Shown here: positions 38,953-48,380 of the stretch, in pieces | Layout of the letters: each line of letters begins with the position of its first letter | Position numbering within the stretch: position 1 is the stretch's first letter | Origin: Bacteroidales bacterium | GTDB taxonomy: Bacteria; Bacteroidota; Bacteroidia; Bacteroidales; VadinHA17 | Reading direction: 5' to 3' | Assembly (NCBI GenBank): GCA_016715075.1 | Contig: JADKBK010000008.1 | Span: forward strand, 110,558-174,557 | DNA: 64,000 nt | The notes under the pieces: model-generated | Database searches by the model: none | What the model saw: the letters and a program-made list of their open reading frames with translations, nothing else | What the model was told of the DNA's origin: nothing | Made by a program: the position numbers and the translations under genes

Positions 38953-39270
38953 CTATTCCAGTTCAATAAGCAATGCTCCTTTTGATACCCTGTCCCCTTT
39001 CGTAGTAACAATCGACTTTATCTTTCCATCCATCGGACATTTCAATCTGTTCTGCATCTTCATGGCATCAAGGATCAGGAGTAACTCGCCCTTCTTTACT
39101 TTCTGTCCCTGGCTGACAAATATCTCTACAACAGTACCTGGGATAAAGCTAAGTATGAGCTTTGGATCAGCCGGCTGATATTTGACCCTGTTTTTAAACT
39201 TACTGCTGATCCTGGTCTGATACAGACTGTTATTGATATTCAGGAATCCAAGTTTATCTTTTATCTTCAT
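38953..39270 (-). CDS. Biotin carboxyl carrier / biotinyl domain protein (decarboxylase or carboxylase gamma-type subunit)
   Basis: Biotin attachment motif LDAMKMQN in a 105-aa protein directly downstream of a carboxyltransferase. Confidence 0.85.
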   Translation of the reverse strand: MKIKDKLGFLNINNSLYQTRISSKFKNRVKYQPADPKLILSFIPGTVVEIFVSQGQKVKKGELLLILDAMKMQNRLKCPMDGKIKSIVTTKGDRVSKGALLIELE

Positions 39271-39303
39271 AACAATTTCGTTTATTAGATCATATTGCCG
39301 TTA

Positions 39304-40848
39304 CTAGAAAGGAGGAAGTCCGTGCTTCTTATGAGGCATAGGGACATCTTTATTTTCAGATACTTCAATTGAATGCATTAAGATCCTTCTTGTTTCAGAT
39401 GGTTCAATAACAGCATCGACATAGCCTCGTGAGGCAGCAACGTAAGGGTTAGCGAATTTGGCTTTGTACTCCTCCACTTTCTGCTTTCTCATGGCATCCG
39501 GATCTTCGGCAGACGTTATCTCTTTTCTGAAGATAATATTGGCAGCTCCCTCCGGACCCATTACAGCGATCTCCGCTGATGGCCAGGCAAATACAAAATC
39601 GGCACGCAGATGCCTTGAACTCATGGCAATATAACCTCCGCCATAGGCTTTTCTCAGGATAACGGTCAGTTTAGGAACTGTAGCTTCGCTGTAGGCATAG
39701 AGCAGTTTTGCTCCATGACGTATAACTCCTGCATGTTCCTGATCAACACCGGGCAGATATCCGGGCAGATCCACAAGGGTTATTATCGGGACATTAAATG
39801 CATCGCAGTAACGGATGAACCTGGCTGCCTTGTCGGATGAATCGACATCGAGGACTCCTGCCATCTCCATAGGCTGGTTGGCAACAAATCCAGTTGTACG
39901 TCCCCCCATACGGCCGAAACCGATAACTATATTCCTGGCATAAAGTTCCATTATCTCAAAGAAATCGGAGTTATCCACCACTGCCCTGATAACATCTTTT
40001 ACATCATATGGGAGAGTAGGGTCTTCAGGAACAATAGTGCTTATATTATATTTGGCGAGGGGTTCTGCAGGCTCAAACATTCTTGCCTTTTTGCTATTGT
40101 TCCATGGTATAAATGTGATCAGTTTTTTAATCTGTTCGAAGCACTCTTCCTCACTTAAGGAGAAAAAATGTGCATTTCCTGTCACTTCACTATGTATCCT
40201 CGCTCCACCAAGATCCTCCATGGAAATCTCCTCACCGAGGACTGTCTTTATGACTTCAGGCCCCGTGATAAACATCTTGGAAATATTGTCCACAACAAAA
40301 ACAAAATCTGTAAGGGCAGGTGAATATACTGCTCCGCCGGCGCATGGGCCAAGAATGACGGACAGCTGAGGTATCACACCGCTTGATATTGTATTACGGA
40401 AAAATATTTCCCCGTAACCGGCAAGTGAATTAACTCCTTCCTGTATCCTGGCTCCACCTGAATCATTTATTCCAATGAGAGGCATTCTCATCTTAAGGGC
40501 ATGGTCCATTATCTTTGTTATCTTTCGTGAATGCATCAGCCCCAGTGAGCCGCCAGCTACTGTAAAATCCTGAGCAAAAACAGCCACCGGAGCACCGTAT
40601 ATCGTGCCGGTACCAATTATAACGCCATCACTTGGAAGTGATTTCTTCTCCATATCAAAATCACGGCCGACATGTTCAACAAACATATCATATTCATTGA
40701 ATGAATTGTCATCGAGCAAAGCCATTATGCGTTCGCGTGCGGTGCGTTTGCCCATAGCCTTCTGTTTCTCAATAGCCTGTTCTCCTCCGCCAAGAAGCAC
40801 TTTCTCGCGCTTCTTCTGCAATTCAAGGATCTTTTTACCTACTGCCAT
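39304..40848 (-). CDS. Acyl-CoA carboxyltransferase (methylmalonyl-CoA decarboxylase alpha / propionyl-CoA carboxylase beta family)
   Basis: 514 aa with the typical ERIMALLDDNSF...GGSLG...DSGGARIQEG...GPCAGGAVYSPALTDF motifs. Confidence 0.92.
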   Translation of the reverse strand: MAVGKKILELQKKREKVLLGGGEQAIEKQKAMGKRTARERIMALLDDNSFNEYDMFVEHVGRDFDMEKKSLPSDGVIIGTGTIYGAPVAVFAQDFTVAGGSLGLMHSRKITKIMDHALKMRMPLIGINDSGGARIQEGVNSLAGYGEIFFRNTISSGVIPQLSVILGPCAGGAVYSPALTDFVFVVDNISKMFITGPEVIKTVLGEEISMEDLGGARIHSEVTGNAHFFSLSEEECFEQIKKLITFIPWNNSKKARMFEPAEPLAKYNISTIVPEDPTLPYDVKDVIRAVVDNSDFFEIMELYARNIVIGFGRMGGRTTGFVANQPMEMAGVLDVDSSDKAARFIRYCDAFNVPIITLVDLPGYLPGVDQEHAGVIRHGAKLLYAYSEATVPKLTVILRKAYGGGYIAMSSRHLRADFVFAWPSAEIAVMGPEGAANIIFRKEITSAEDPDAMRKQKVEEYKAKFANPYVAASRGYVDAVIEPSETRRILMHSIEVSENKDVPMPHKKHGLPPF

Positions 40849-40949
40849 ATCGTCTGTATTATGTTAATTTTTTGGTTTGAAAATAATATTTTTCTGTATC
40901 ATGTTTATCATCAGCAAATTGTCTTATACGCCAATTACATATCCCATAG

Positions 40950-42085
40950 CTACTTAGGTGCCATTTTATACAATACAAGGGCAATAATGGAATAGAGCAT
41001 ATTGGGGATCCACATCGCAATCATAGGATTAAGATCGCCTTTAAGTGAGAATTGGGAGGCAAACTGAAGGAAAAGAATATAGGAGAAACTAAGTATCAGT
41101 CCCAGACCGATATTCATTCCGATACCTCCTCTTACCTTTCTGGAAGAGAGTGATACACCAATAAGAGTAAGGATAAAAACCGCGAAGGGGCTTGCATATC
41201 TCCGGTGTTTCTCAATCAGAAACAGTTTAAGTTCATCTGAACCCTGCATCTGAAGCAATTTGATATAATCTTCGAGTTCACGGTAAGTCATTGTACTGAC
41301 AAATCCAGGGTCCCTGGAAAAATCATTGGGTTTAATTATAAGGGCGGTATCGATAGTTTTGCCTTTGGTGATTATCTCCTCATTGCCCTTTATTTCGCGG
41401 ATAAAATAATTTGTAGCCTTCCATTTATTTTTTGTTGTATCATATGATACGGAAGACGATGAAAGTTTTGATTCCAGCCTTCCACTGTCATTAAATTTTT
41501 CAATCGTGAAATTCTGACCTCGCTGACTCAGAGGATTGAAGGAGCCCATATAGACGTAGGTATTCTTAAATACGAGCCTGTGAATATTTTCCACTGTCAC
41601 TTTCCTGTTGGATGATCGGTAGTACTTGTCTTCAAAATCCATTCTGACAAGGTTGGATTTTGGGATTACAAAGTTGGTAAGGAGAAAAGTAAAAACTGCG
41701 ATGACAAAAGATGAGATGAAATAGGGCCACATCATTCTTCTGAAGCTCATTCCGCTGTTAAGGATTGCGATTATTTCGGTGTTGATTGCCATCTTTGAAG
41801 TAAAGAATATCACTGAAATAAAGACAAAAAGCGGTGCAAAGAGCATCGCGAAATATGGAATGAAATTCATATAGTAATCAAAGACAATAGCACGGACAGG
41901 AGCCTCCTTTTCCATGAAATTATCAATTTTTTCTGCAAAGTCGAATACTACAGCTATAGTAAGTATCAGCGCCAGGCAGAAAAAAACGTACCAAGGAACT
42001 TCCTGATAATATAGATGTCAATAAGCTTGATATTAAGCAGGCTTACAACCTCTCTGAAAGTTTTTTTACCATTGATATTTTCCAT
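40950..42085 (-). CDS. LptF/LptG-family (YjgP/YjgQ) permease, frameshifted near the N-terminus; start uncertain
   Basis: The track ORF 40950..41915 starts mid-protein. Upstream, another frame reads ...IKLIDIYIIRKFLGTFF, and the true frame resumes FFCLALILTIAVVFDFAEKIDNFMEKEAP after an A7 run (41980-41986, T7 on the coding strand). The only in-frame ATG is at 42085, which overlaps the tgt 3' end by 43 nt. Confidence 0.75.
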
Positions 42086-43179
42086 TTTCTGAAATTACCT
42101 TCTTCAATTTGTTTTCTGGCGTCCTTAACCAGTTTAAGATAAAATGCCAGGTTGTGGATGCTCGCAATCTGTGCACCGAGATTCTCACCTGCCATTACCA
42201 GATGCCTGAGATATGCTTTTGTGTAAGAACGGCTTACAACAGAAGGCGTATCAGGATCAATCGGACTGAAATCATCAATCCATTTTCTGTTCCTGATATT
42301 GATTGTTCCCTCTCCTGTAAAGAGCATACCATTCCGTCCGTTCCTTGTAGGCATAACACAATCAAACATATCAATTCCCCTGTCAATTGCTTCAAGAAGG
42401 TTGACAGGTGTGCCAACTCCCATCAGATAACGTGGTTTATCCCATGGAAGTATCTCATTTACCACCTCAACCATCCTGTACATCTCATCAGCAGGTTCTC
42501 CTACAGATAAGCCTCCTATTGCATTGCCGGCCAGTCCGGCCGAGGCTACCTTTTCGGCAGAGATCCGGCGCAGGTCTTCAAAGGTTCCCCCCTGTACTAT
42601 AGGGAAAAGGAACTGTTCCCTGCCCCATACAGGATCCGTTTCGTTGAATCGTACAACTGCCCTGTCGAGCCAGTGATGAGTAAGTTCGAGTGATTTTTTC
42701 GCATAGCTGTATTCACATGGCCATGGCGTACATTCATCAAATACCATAATAATATCGGCGCCAATTATCCTCTGTATGTCGACAATATTTTCAGGAGTGA
42801 AAAGATGCTTTGAACCGTCAATATGCGACTTAAAAAATGCACCTTCATCAGTGAGCTTTCTGTTGCCTGTAAGTGAAAAAACCTGGTATCCTCCGCTGTC
42901 AGTGAGTATCGGTCTTTCCCACGACATAAAATTGTGCAGCCCTCCTGCTGCCTTTAAAATTTCTGTCCCGGGCCGCAGGTATAAATGGTAGGTGTTTCCA
43001 AGGATTATCTTTGCGTCAATATCTTCCCTTAAATCCCTCTGAAGTATACCCTTTACCGTACCGGCTGTCCCGACAGGCATGAAGATCGGAGTAGGAATAT
43101 CACCATGCGCGGTTCTCAGAATTCCCGTCCGGGCCATGGATTCCTTATCCCTGCTCTCTATGTTAAACATATTTTGCAA
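42043..43179 (-). CDS. tgt: tRNA-guanine transglycosylase (queuine tRNA-ribosyltransferase)
   Basis: TPIFMPVGT, LGNTYHL, DSGGYQV, and the zinc motif CxC...C (CVMPTRNGRNG) typical of Tgt. Confidence 0.94.
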   Translation of the reverse strand: MQNMFNIESRDKESMARTGILRTAHGDIPTPIFMPVGTAGTVKGILQRDLREDIDAKIILGNTYHLYLRPGTEILKAAGGLHNFMSWERPILTDSGGYQVFSLTGNRKLTDEGAFFKSHIDGSKHLFTPENIVDIQRIIGADIIMVFDECTPWPCEYSYAKKSLELTHHWLDRAVVRFNETDPVWGREQFLFPIVQGGTFEDLRRISAEKVASAGLAGNAIGGLSVGEPADEMYRMVEVVNEILPWDKPRYLMGVGTPVNLLEAIDRGIDMFDCVMPTRNGRNGMLFTGEGTINIRNRKWIDDFSPIDPDTPSVVSRSYTKAYLRHLVMAGENLGAQIASIHNLAFYLKLVKDARKQIEEGNFRKWKISMVKKLSERL

Positions 43180-43343
43180 TATCGTTTTTAGAAGGACAAA
43201 GGTAATTCATCTGTATGGCCAAATAAAATTATTATATTAATTTTCGTTAACCATTATAAAAGATAATAGCAAACCATTAAATATCAACGCTGCAACTGAC
43301 CTGACATCACAAATTTTCAAATAAATGCCGCTCCTTAACTGAT

Positions 43344-43498
43344 CTTCAGGCTTCGGTCTTCCAGCTTCCGTCTTCCGTCTTCGGACTTCCGAGCTTCCGG
43401 CTTCCAGCTTCCGACTTCGGACTTCCGGCTTCCGTCTTCCGTCTTCCGGCTTTCCGGCTTCCGGCTTCGGACTTCGGACTTCCGACTTCGGACTTCCA
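43344..43498. repeat. 155-bp cryptic simple repeat built from NCTTCCG / GACTTCGG units
   Basis: About 21 consecutive 6-8-nt units (GCTTCCG, TCTTCCG, GACTTCGG, ACTTCG...). Lies in the tgt/GT2 divergent spacer and accounts for the spurious 89-aa ORF 43237..43506. Confidence 0.85.
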
Positions 43499-43581
43499 AC
43501 CAACAACTCTTCATTATTATTGCAAATTAGTTTTTGTCATACCAATTATCTTATTAATATTGCTGAATAGATAAACTTAAA

Positions 43582-44712
43582 ATGGCTGAATACGGAAATT
43601 CATATATTTTAATAACATTTGTTATTTTTTTAGGGTCTGCGGCTATCCAGCTTTTTTATTATCTTTTCTTCTATTCGGCAGTAAATTCTTATAAACCTGG
43701 TGTGAAAAGCGCACCGGTTCAGCCTGTCTCCATAATAATTTGCGCAAGGAATGAAGCTGAGAACCTTAAGCAATTCCTTCCATCTGTTCTGGAACAGGAT
43801 TATCCTGATTTTGAAGTTATTGTTGTAAACGACTGTTCTGAGGACAGTTCTTATCTCATCCTTGGAAATTATCTTCTGGAGTATCCTCATTTAAGGGTAT
43901 CAACTGTTAATAAGGATCCTAAATTTACACATAACAAGAAATTTGCCCAGTTTATAGGGATCAAGGCTGCAAAGAATGAAGTTCTCCTCTTTACGGATGC
44001 AGACTGTCATCCCGAATCGGATAAATGGCTTGGAAATATGGCAGCTCATTTCAATGAGAGTACAGATTTCGTTTTGGGATATGGCGGATATAAGCAGGCA
44101 AAAGGACTGCTCAACAAATATATCCGTTACGACTGCCTTTCAATAGCCATGCAGTATCTTGGAATGGCTATCCGCGGGATTCCGTATATGGGAGTCGGCC
44201 GCAACCTGGCCTACAGAAGGTCTATGTTTTTCGCCAATAACGGCTATGGAGCACATAATCACCTGATTTCAGGAGATGATGATCTTTTTGTCAATACAAA
44301 TGCGACTAAGAAAAACACCAGCATCGAGTTCAGTGAAGGAACACATACAAGATCTGTACCGGTACAAGGGTTGAAGGAGTGGGTGATTCAGAAAAAAAGA
44401 CATCTCACCACGGCTCCGTATTACAGGTTACATAACAAAGTCCTGTTATTCATTGAACCTGCTTCAAGAGTACTTTTCTATTCTTCGCTTATCGTGCTCA
44501 TGTGCTTAAGATTTAACTGGATATGGATTTCGGCAGTTTTTGGTGTCAGGATTATTGCGCAGTATATTATTTACTTCTTATCCCAGAAGAAGCTGAACGA
44601 ACCTGGATTGTTGGCATATCTGCTGTTTTTTGATATATTTTCCCCATTACTGAACGGAATATTATTTTTGAGCAACACCGGCAGCAAATCCGGAAAGAAC
44701 AGATGGAGATAA
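43582..44712 (+). CDS. Family 2 glycosyltransferase, membrane-bound
   Basis: SIIICARNE...VIVVNDCSED...FTDADC (DxD-type) GT-A motifs plus C-terminal TM helices. Confidence 0.85.
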   Translation: MAEYGNSYILITFVIFLGSAAIQLFYYLFFYSAVNSYKPGVKSAPVQPVSIIICARNEAENLKQFLPSVLEQDYPDFEVIVVNDCSEDSSYLILGNYLLEYPHLRVSTVNKDPKFTHNKKFAQFIGIKAAKNEVLLFTDADCHPESDKWLGNMAAHFNESTDFVLGYGGYKQAKGLLNKYIRYDCLSIAMQYLGMAIRGIPYMGVGRNLAYRRSMFFANNGYGAHNHLISGDDDLFVNTNATKKNTSIEFSEGTHTRSVPVQGLKEWVIQKKRHLTTAPYYRLHNKVLLFIEPASRVLFYSSLIVLMCLRFNWIWISAVFGVRIIAQYIIYFLSQKKLNEPGLLAYLLFFDIFSPLLNGILFLSNTGSKSGKNRWR

Positions 44713-45299
44713 TTCAAAAACTATCGGAAAAAGCCAGGAATGATTTGTATCTTGTTGATCAGGCTAAACATGGAAGTGAGAAAGCTTTTGCAGCACTGAT
44801 GAACAGGTACAGGGATTCCATCTATTATATGCTTCTTAAGATGGTTAATAATCCTGCCGATGCAGAAGATCTTACAATTGAAGCATTCGGAAAGGCTTTC
44901 AGTAATCTTGACCTCTATACACCGAAATTCGCATTCAGCACCTGGCTTTTCAAAATTGCCACGAACAATTGTGTTGATTTTATCAGGAAGAAACAGGTCT
45001 CTCCCACTCCTCTGGATCATATTCAGGACATTATGGAAAATGCTACGCTTAATATACAGTCAGATCTTCCTGATCCGGAGGAGTCAATGATCAATCATCA
45101 GAAGATTGTTGCATTGAAAAATATTGTAAACCAGCTCAACCCCAGATATAAATCATTGATTGAACTGCGCTATTTCAAGGAATACTCCTATGTAGAGATC
45201 GCCTCTGAGCTGAACCTTCCTTTAGGCACTGTTAAAATACAGCTCTTCAGGGCAAAAACACTGCTCTATAATATTTTAGTTAAAACAGGCAACAGGTAG
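44703..45299 (+). CDS. Sigma-70-family (ECF-like) RNA polymerase sigma factor
   Basis: Region 2 (AEDLTIEAFGKAF...STWLFKIATNNCVDFIRK) and region 4 (YSYVEIASELNLPLGTVKIQLFRAK). Confidence 0.88.
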   Translation: MEIIQKLSEKARNDLYLVDQAKHGSEKAFAALMNRYRDSIYYMLLKMVNNPADAEDLTIEAFGKAFSNLDLYTPKFAFSTWLFKIATNNCVDFIRKKQVSPTPLDHIQDIMENATLNIQSDLPDPEESMINHQKIVALKNIVNQLNPRYKSLIELRYFKEYSYVEIASELNLPLGTVKIQLFRAKTLLYNILVKTGNR

Positions 45300-45922
45300 T
45301 GGCAGAGACAATATTCAATTATTTCCCTGCATTAACAGGGAAGCAGAAGGAGCAACTGGAAGGACTGCAGCAGATCTATGTCAGGTGGAACAGTATGATA
45401 AATGTTATATCCAGAAAGGATATGGATAATTTTATGGTGCATCATGTTCTCCATTCCCTGGCTGTTGCAAAAATAATAGACTTCGCTCCAAATAGCAGGA
45501 TCCTTGATGTTGGAACAGGCGGAGGTTTTCCCGGAATACCCCTGGCAATAATATTCCCTGATTCGCAATTCTCACTTCTCGATTCAATTGAAAAAAAGAT
45601 AAAAGTTGTCTCTGCAGTAGCTGAAGAACTGGAATTAAATAATATAATACCAATCAGAAGAAGGGTTGAAGAGGAGAATGGGAAATACCATTTTATTATC
45701 AGCAGAGCGGTAACGGAATTTCCGGGATTTGTAAAAATGACGTTAAAAAATATAGATAAACCTGAATTCAACAGTCTGAGGAACGGGATCTTATATCTCA
45801 AAGGAGGTGATCTTGCCATTGAAACGGAATTATTTAAAGAGCGTCTGACTGTATGGAGTATTAAGGATTTTTTTAACGAACCTTTTTTTGATACTAAGAA
45901 GATCCTGCACCTCACTAAATGA
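45299..45922 (+). CDS. rsmG: 16S rRNA (guanine527-N7)-methyltransferase
   Basis: GTG start overlapping the sigma TAG by 1 nt. SAM motif ILDVGTGGGFPGIPLAI. Confidence 0.9.
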   Translation: MAETIFNYFPALTGKQKEQLEGLQQIYVRWNSMINVISRKDMDNFMVHHVLHSLAVAKIIDFAPNSRILDVGTGGGFPGIPLAIIFPDSQFSLLDSIEKKIKVVSAVAEELELNNIIPIRRRVEEENGKYHFIISRAVTEFPGFVKMTLKNIDKPEFNSLRNGILYLKGGDLAIETELFKERLTVWSIKDFFNEPFFDTKKILHLTK

Positions 45923-45971
45923 TTTTTTTCAAAAAAAACAGTCCGCCGGTTTTTATATTTCAAAAAAGTAC

Positions 45972-45979
45972 TACATTTG
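45972..45979 (+). promoter_or_regulatory. -7 box TACATTTG for rpmH
   Basis: Matches TAnnTTTG, 44 nt upstream of the ATG at 46023. Confidence 0.5.
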
Positions 45980-46022
45980 CAGTCTCAAATCAGGATCTTA
46001 GTAAACAAATATATTTGAAAAG

Positions 46023-46181
46023 ATGAAACGGACATTTCAGCCATCAAGAAGAAAGAGAGCTAACAAGCATGGTTTCAGGGAAAGGATGTCAACTCCCAAT
46101 GGAAGAAGAGTTCTTGCTGCGCGCAGGGCTAAAGGAAGAAAAAAACTCACTGTATCTTCAGAGCTAAAACTTAAAGGATAA
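46023..46181 (+). CDS. rpmH: 50S ribosomal protein L34
   Basis: Below the track cutoff. My translation is [52 protein letters not shown], the canonical L34 sequence. Confidence 0.95.
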   Translation: MKRTFQPSRRKRANKHGFRERMSTPNGRRVLAARRAKGRKKLTVSSELKLKG

Positions 46182-46204
46182 TATTTATCTTAAATAATTA
46201 TTTT

Positions 46205-46240
46205 GAAGAGACGTTGCGTGCAACGTCTCTTCTCTTTTTT
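46205..46240 (+). terminator. Rho-independent terminator of rpmH
   Basis: 12-bp stem GAAGAGACGTTG-cgtg-CAACGTCTCTTC, followed by TCTTTTTT. Confidence 0.85.
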
Positions 46241-46296
46241 ATATTTTTACGCGTCTCTTAAATTTCTAACTTAGCTGCGTTTAATTATTTGGTTAA

Positions 46297-47421
46297 ATGA
46301 ATAATATATTGAATCATATCAATGATACAGAGATCAGAAATATAGCTGACAAGGTTGCCGGTGGGGTCAGGATATCAGGTGAAGAAGGTCTGCTACTTTA
46401 TAAAAAAGCCGATCTGGCCCTGCTGGGTCTACTTGCCGGGATTGTCAGAAGGAGGCACAATCAGAATTTCGCATATTTCAACAATAATTTTCATATTGAA
46501 CCTACAAATAAATGTATTTACAATTGCAAGTTCTGCTCCTATCACAAGAATGAAGGTGATCCTGACAGTTGGGAATACACCCAGGATGAGATGGTTGATA
46601 TTGTGAAGCGCTTTGATGGCAAGAATGTTACAGAGGTTCATATCGTTGGCGGGGTACATCCCGACTATGATCTTCACTACTGGGGCTCTCTCATAAAAAA
46701 GATCAAGAATCACCGTCCTTCCCTTCATGTAAAGGCTTTCTCTGCAATTGAACTTGATTATATGATATCTTCAGCGGGATTGACAATCAAAGAGGGGCTG
46801 ACAATACTGAAGGATTACGGACTTGACTCAATACCAGGAGGAGGAGCTGAAATATTTGACAGGGAGCTGAGGAAGATGATCTGTGATGAAAAGGCCTCAT
46901 CAGAGTTATGGCTGACAATTCACGAAACTGCCCATAGTATTGGCATACCGTCAAATGCCACAATTCTTTACGGACATATGGAAACCTACATGCATCGTAT
47001 CGATCATATGGAAAGGCTGCGGAGTCTGCAGGATAAAACAGGCGGATTCAATGCATTTATCCCCCTTAAATACAAGATGTCCAACAACAGCATGTCGTTT
47101 CTGGGAGAGGTAAATATCATAGAAGATCTTCGCAATTATGCAGTTTCCAGGATCTTCCTTGATAACTTTTCGCACATCAAAGCTTACTGGCCGATGATAG
47201 GAAAAGAAAATGCCCAGCTTGCTTTGTCGTTTGGGGTGGATGATATGGATGGTACTATTGATGATACAACTAAAATATACTCAATGGCCGGTTCGAAAGA
47301 GGAGAACCCCTCAATGTCTACCGAAGAGATCTGCCGGCTTATAAGTGATGCCGGATATACACCGGTTGAGCGCGATTCACTTTATAAACCTGTATTATCG
47401 CCTCTTCTGAGGCAGGGGTGA
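46297..47421 (+). CDS. Radical SAM enzyme of the CofH/MqnC/MqnE family (futalosine-pathway menaquinone type)
   Basis: Cluster motif NKCIYNCKFCSY (CxxxCxxC). HIVGGVHPD and the overall layout are typical of this family. I cannot assign the exact member by eye. Confidence 0.75.
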   Translation: MNNILNHINDTEIRNIADKVAGGVRISGEEGLLLYKKADLALLGLLAGIVRRRHNQNFAYFNNNFHIEPTNKCIYNCKFCSYHKNEGDPDSWEYTQDEMVDIVKRFDGKNVTEVHIVGGVHPDYDLHYWGSLIKKIKNHRPSLHVKAFSAIELDYMISSAGLTIKEGLTILKDYGLDSIPGGGAEIFDRELRKMICDEKASSELWLTIHETAHSIGIPSNATILYGHMETYMHRIDHMERLRSLQDKTGGFNAFIPLKYKMSNNSMSFLGEVNIIEDLRNYAVSRIFLDNFSHIKAYWPMIGKENAQLALSFGVDDMDGTIDDTTKIYSMAGSKEENPSMSTEEICRLISDAGYTPVERDSLYKPVLSPLLRQG

Positions 47422-47483
47422 AAAGAATTTAAAATGTCATACCTGTATATATTACACAACTATCATTCATATAATTTTATAAG

Positions 47484-47491
47484 TACCTTTG
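47484..47491 (+). promoter_or_regulatory. -7 box TACCTTTG
   Basis: Matches TAnnTTTG, 29 nt upstream of the ATG at 47520. Confidence 0.45.
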
Positions 47492-47519
47492 CGTTATTAC
47501 TAATGTTCAAATTGGCAGT

Positions 47520-48374
47520 ATGAGTCTGAAAAACTTCCTGATAAGTAAAGTATTCTTAAAAAACCTTGGGTTTGTTGTAACAATAATGGTTGGTCTGGTA
47601 ATGATTTTGCTGATCTGGCTCAATTTTTATACCAGACACGGACAGGCGAGGGCTGTGCCTGATTTTTACGGACTTACAATGGAACAGACGGCTAAGCTGG
47701 CGAGGAAGAGCAAACTCAGATATCAGGTCATTGATTCCGTCTATACCTCTCTTGTTCCCCGTGGCTGTGTCGCTGAACAGAGTCCCAAACCCGGTTTCAA
47801 AGTAAAAAAATGGAGAAATATTGTACTCACAATAAATGCCTACAAACCTGAAATGGTAGCAATGCCAAACCTGGTCGACCTTCCTATACGACAGGCTATT
47901 GCTCTTATATCAAGTACTGGGCTTGAAATGGGAGAACTGAGGTACAGACCCGATCTTTCAATTGATGTGGTAATTGAACAACACTATAACGGTAAAAATA
48001 TCTCTGGAGGGGATTCATTGCAGAAGGGCTCAATGATCGATCTTTTACTTGGTAAAGGATTGAGTAACCAGAGGACTTCTGTCCCTGATCTGATAGGAAT
48101 GGCTCTTGAACCTGCCAGAAATAAAATTCTTACTTCTTCCCTTAATCTTGGAACGTATATTTACGATAATTCAATAATCAGCGGAGCCGATTCCTCAAAT
48201 GCCTTTGTTTATAAGCAGAACCCTGAGTACAGGGAGGATGTAAGCCTTCAGCTGGGATCTGCAATTTATCTCTGGCTTACGGTTGATTCAGCAAAACTTA
48301 AGGAAAGTACAAATCCGGGTATGGATCCCGATTCAATACCCGGATCAGACCAGCCGGAAGAGATTTCAAACTAA
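47520..48374 (+). CDS. PASTA domain-containing membrane protein
   Basis: N-terminal TM helix, then three repeats with a PASTA-like pattern (VPDFYGLTMEQ..., MPNLVDLPIRQA..., VPDLIGMALEPA...). Confidence 0.8.
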   Translation: MSLKNFLISKVFLKNLGFVVTIMVGLVMILLIWLNFYTRHGQARAVPDFYGLTMEQTAKLARKSKLRYQVIDSVYTSLVPRGCVAEQSPKPGFKVKKWRNIVLTINAYKPEMVAMPNLVDLPIRQAIALISSTGLEMGELRYRPDLSIDVVIEQHYNGKNISGGDSLQKGSMIDLLLGKGLSNQRTSVPDLIGMALEPARNKILTSSLNLGTYIYDNSIISGADSSNAFVYKQNPEYREDVSLQLGSAIYLWLTVDSAKLKESTNPGMDPDSIPGSDQPEEISN

Positions 48375-48380
48375 AACCTG

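Noticed and set aside
43237-43506. 89-aa ORF (MLVGSPKSEVRSPKPEAGKPEDGRRKPEVRSRK...)
   Set aside because: It is entirely the translation of the CTTCCG/CGGAAG simple repeat. It has extreme low complexity and no plausible start context, so I treat it as a non-coding repeat.
45923-45945. T7-C-A8 palindrome right after the rsmG stop as a terminator
   Set aside because: The stem would be pure A-T and thermodynamically negligible. It is more likely an AT-rich spacer upstream of the rpmH promoter.
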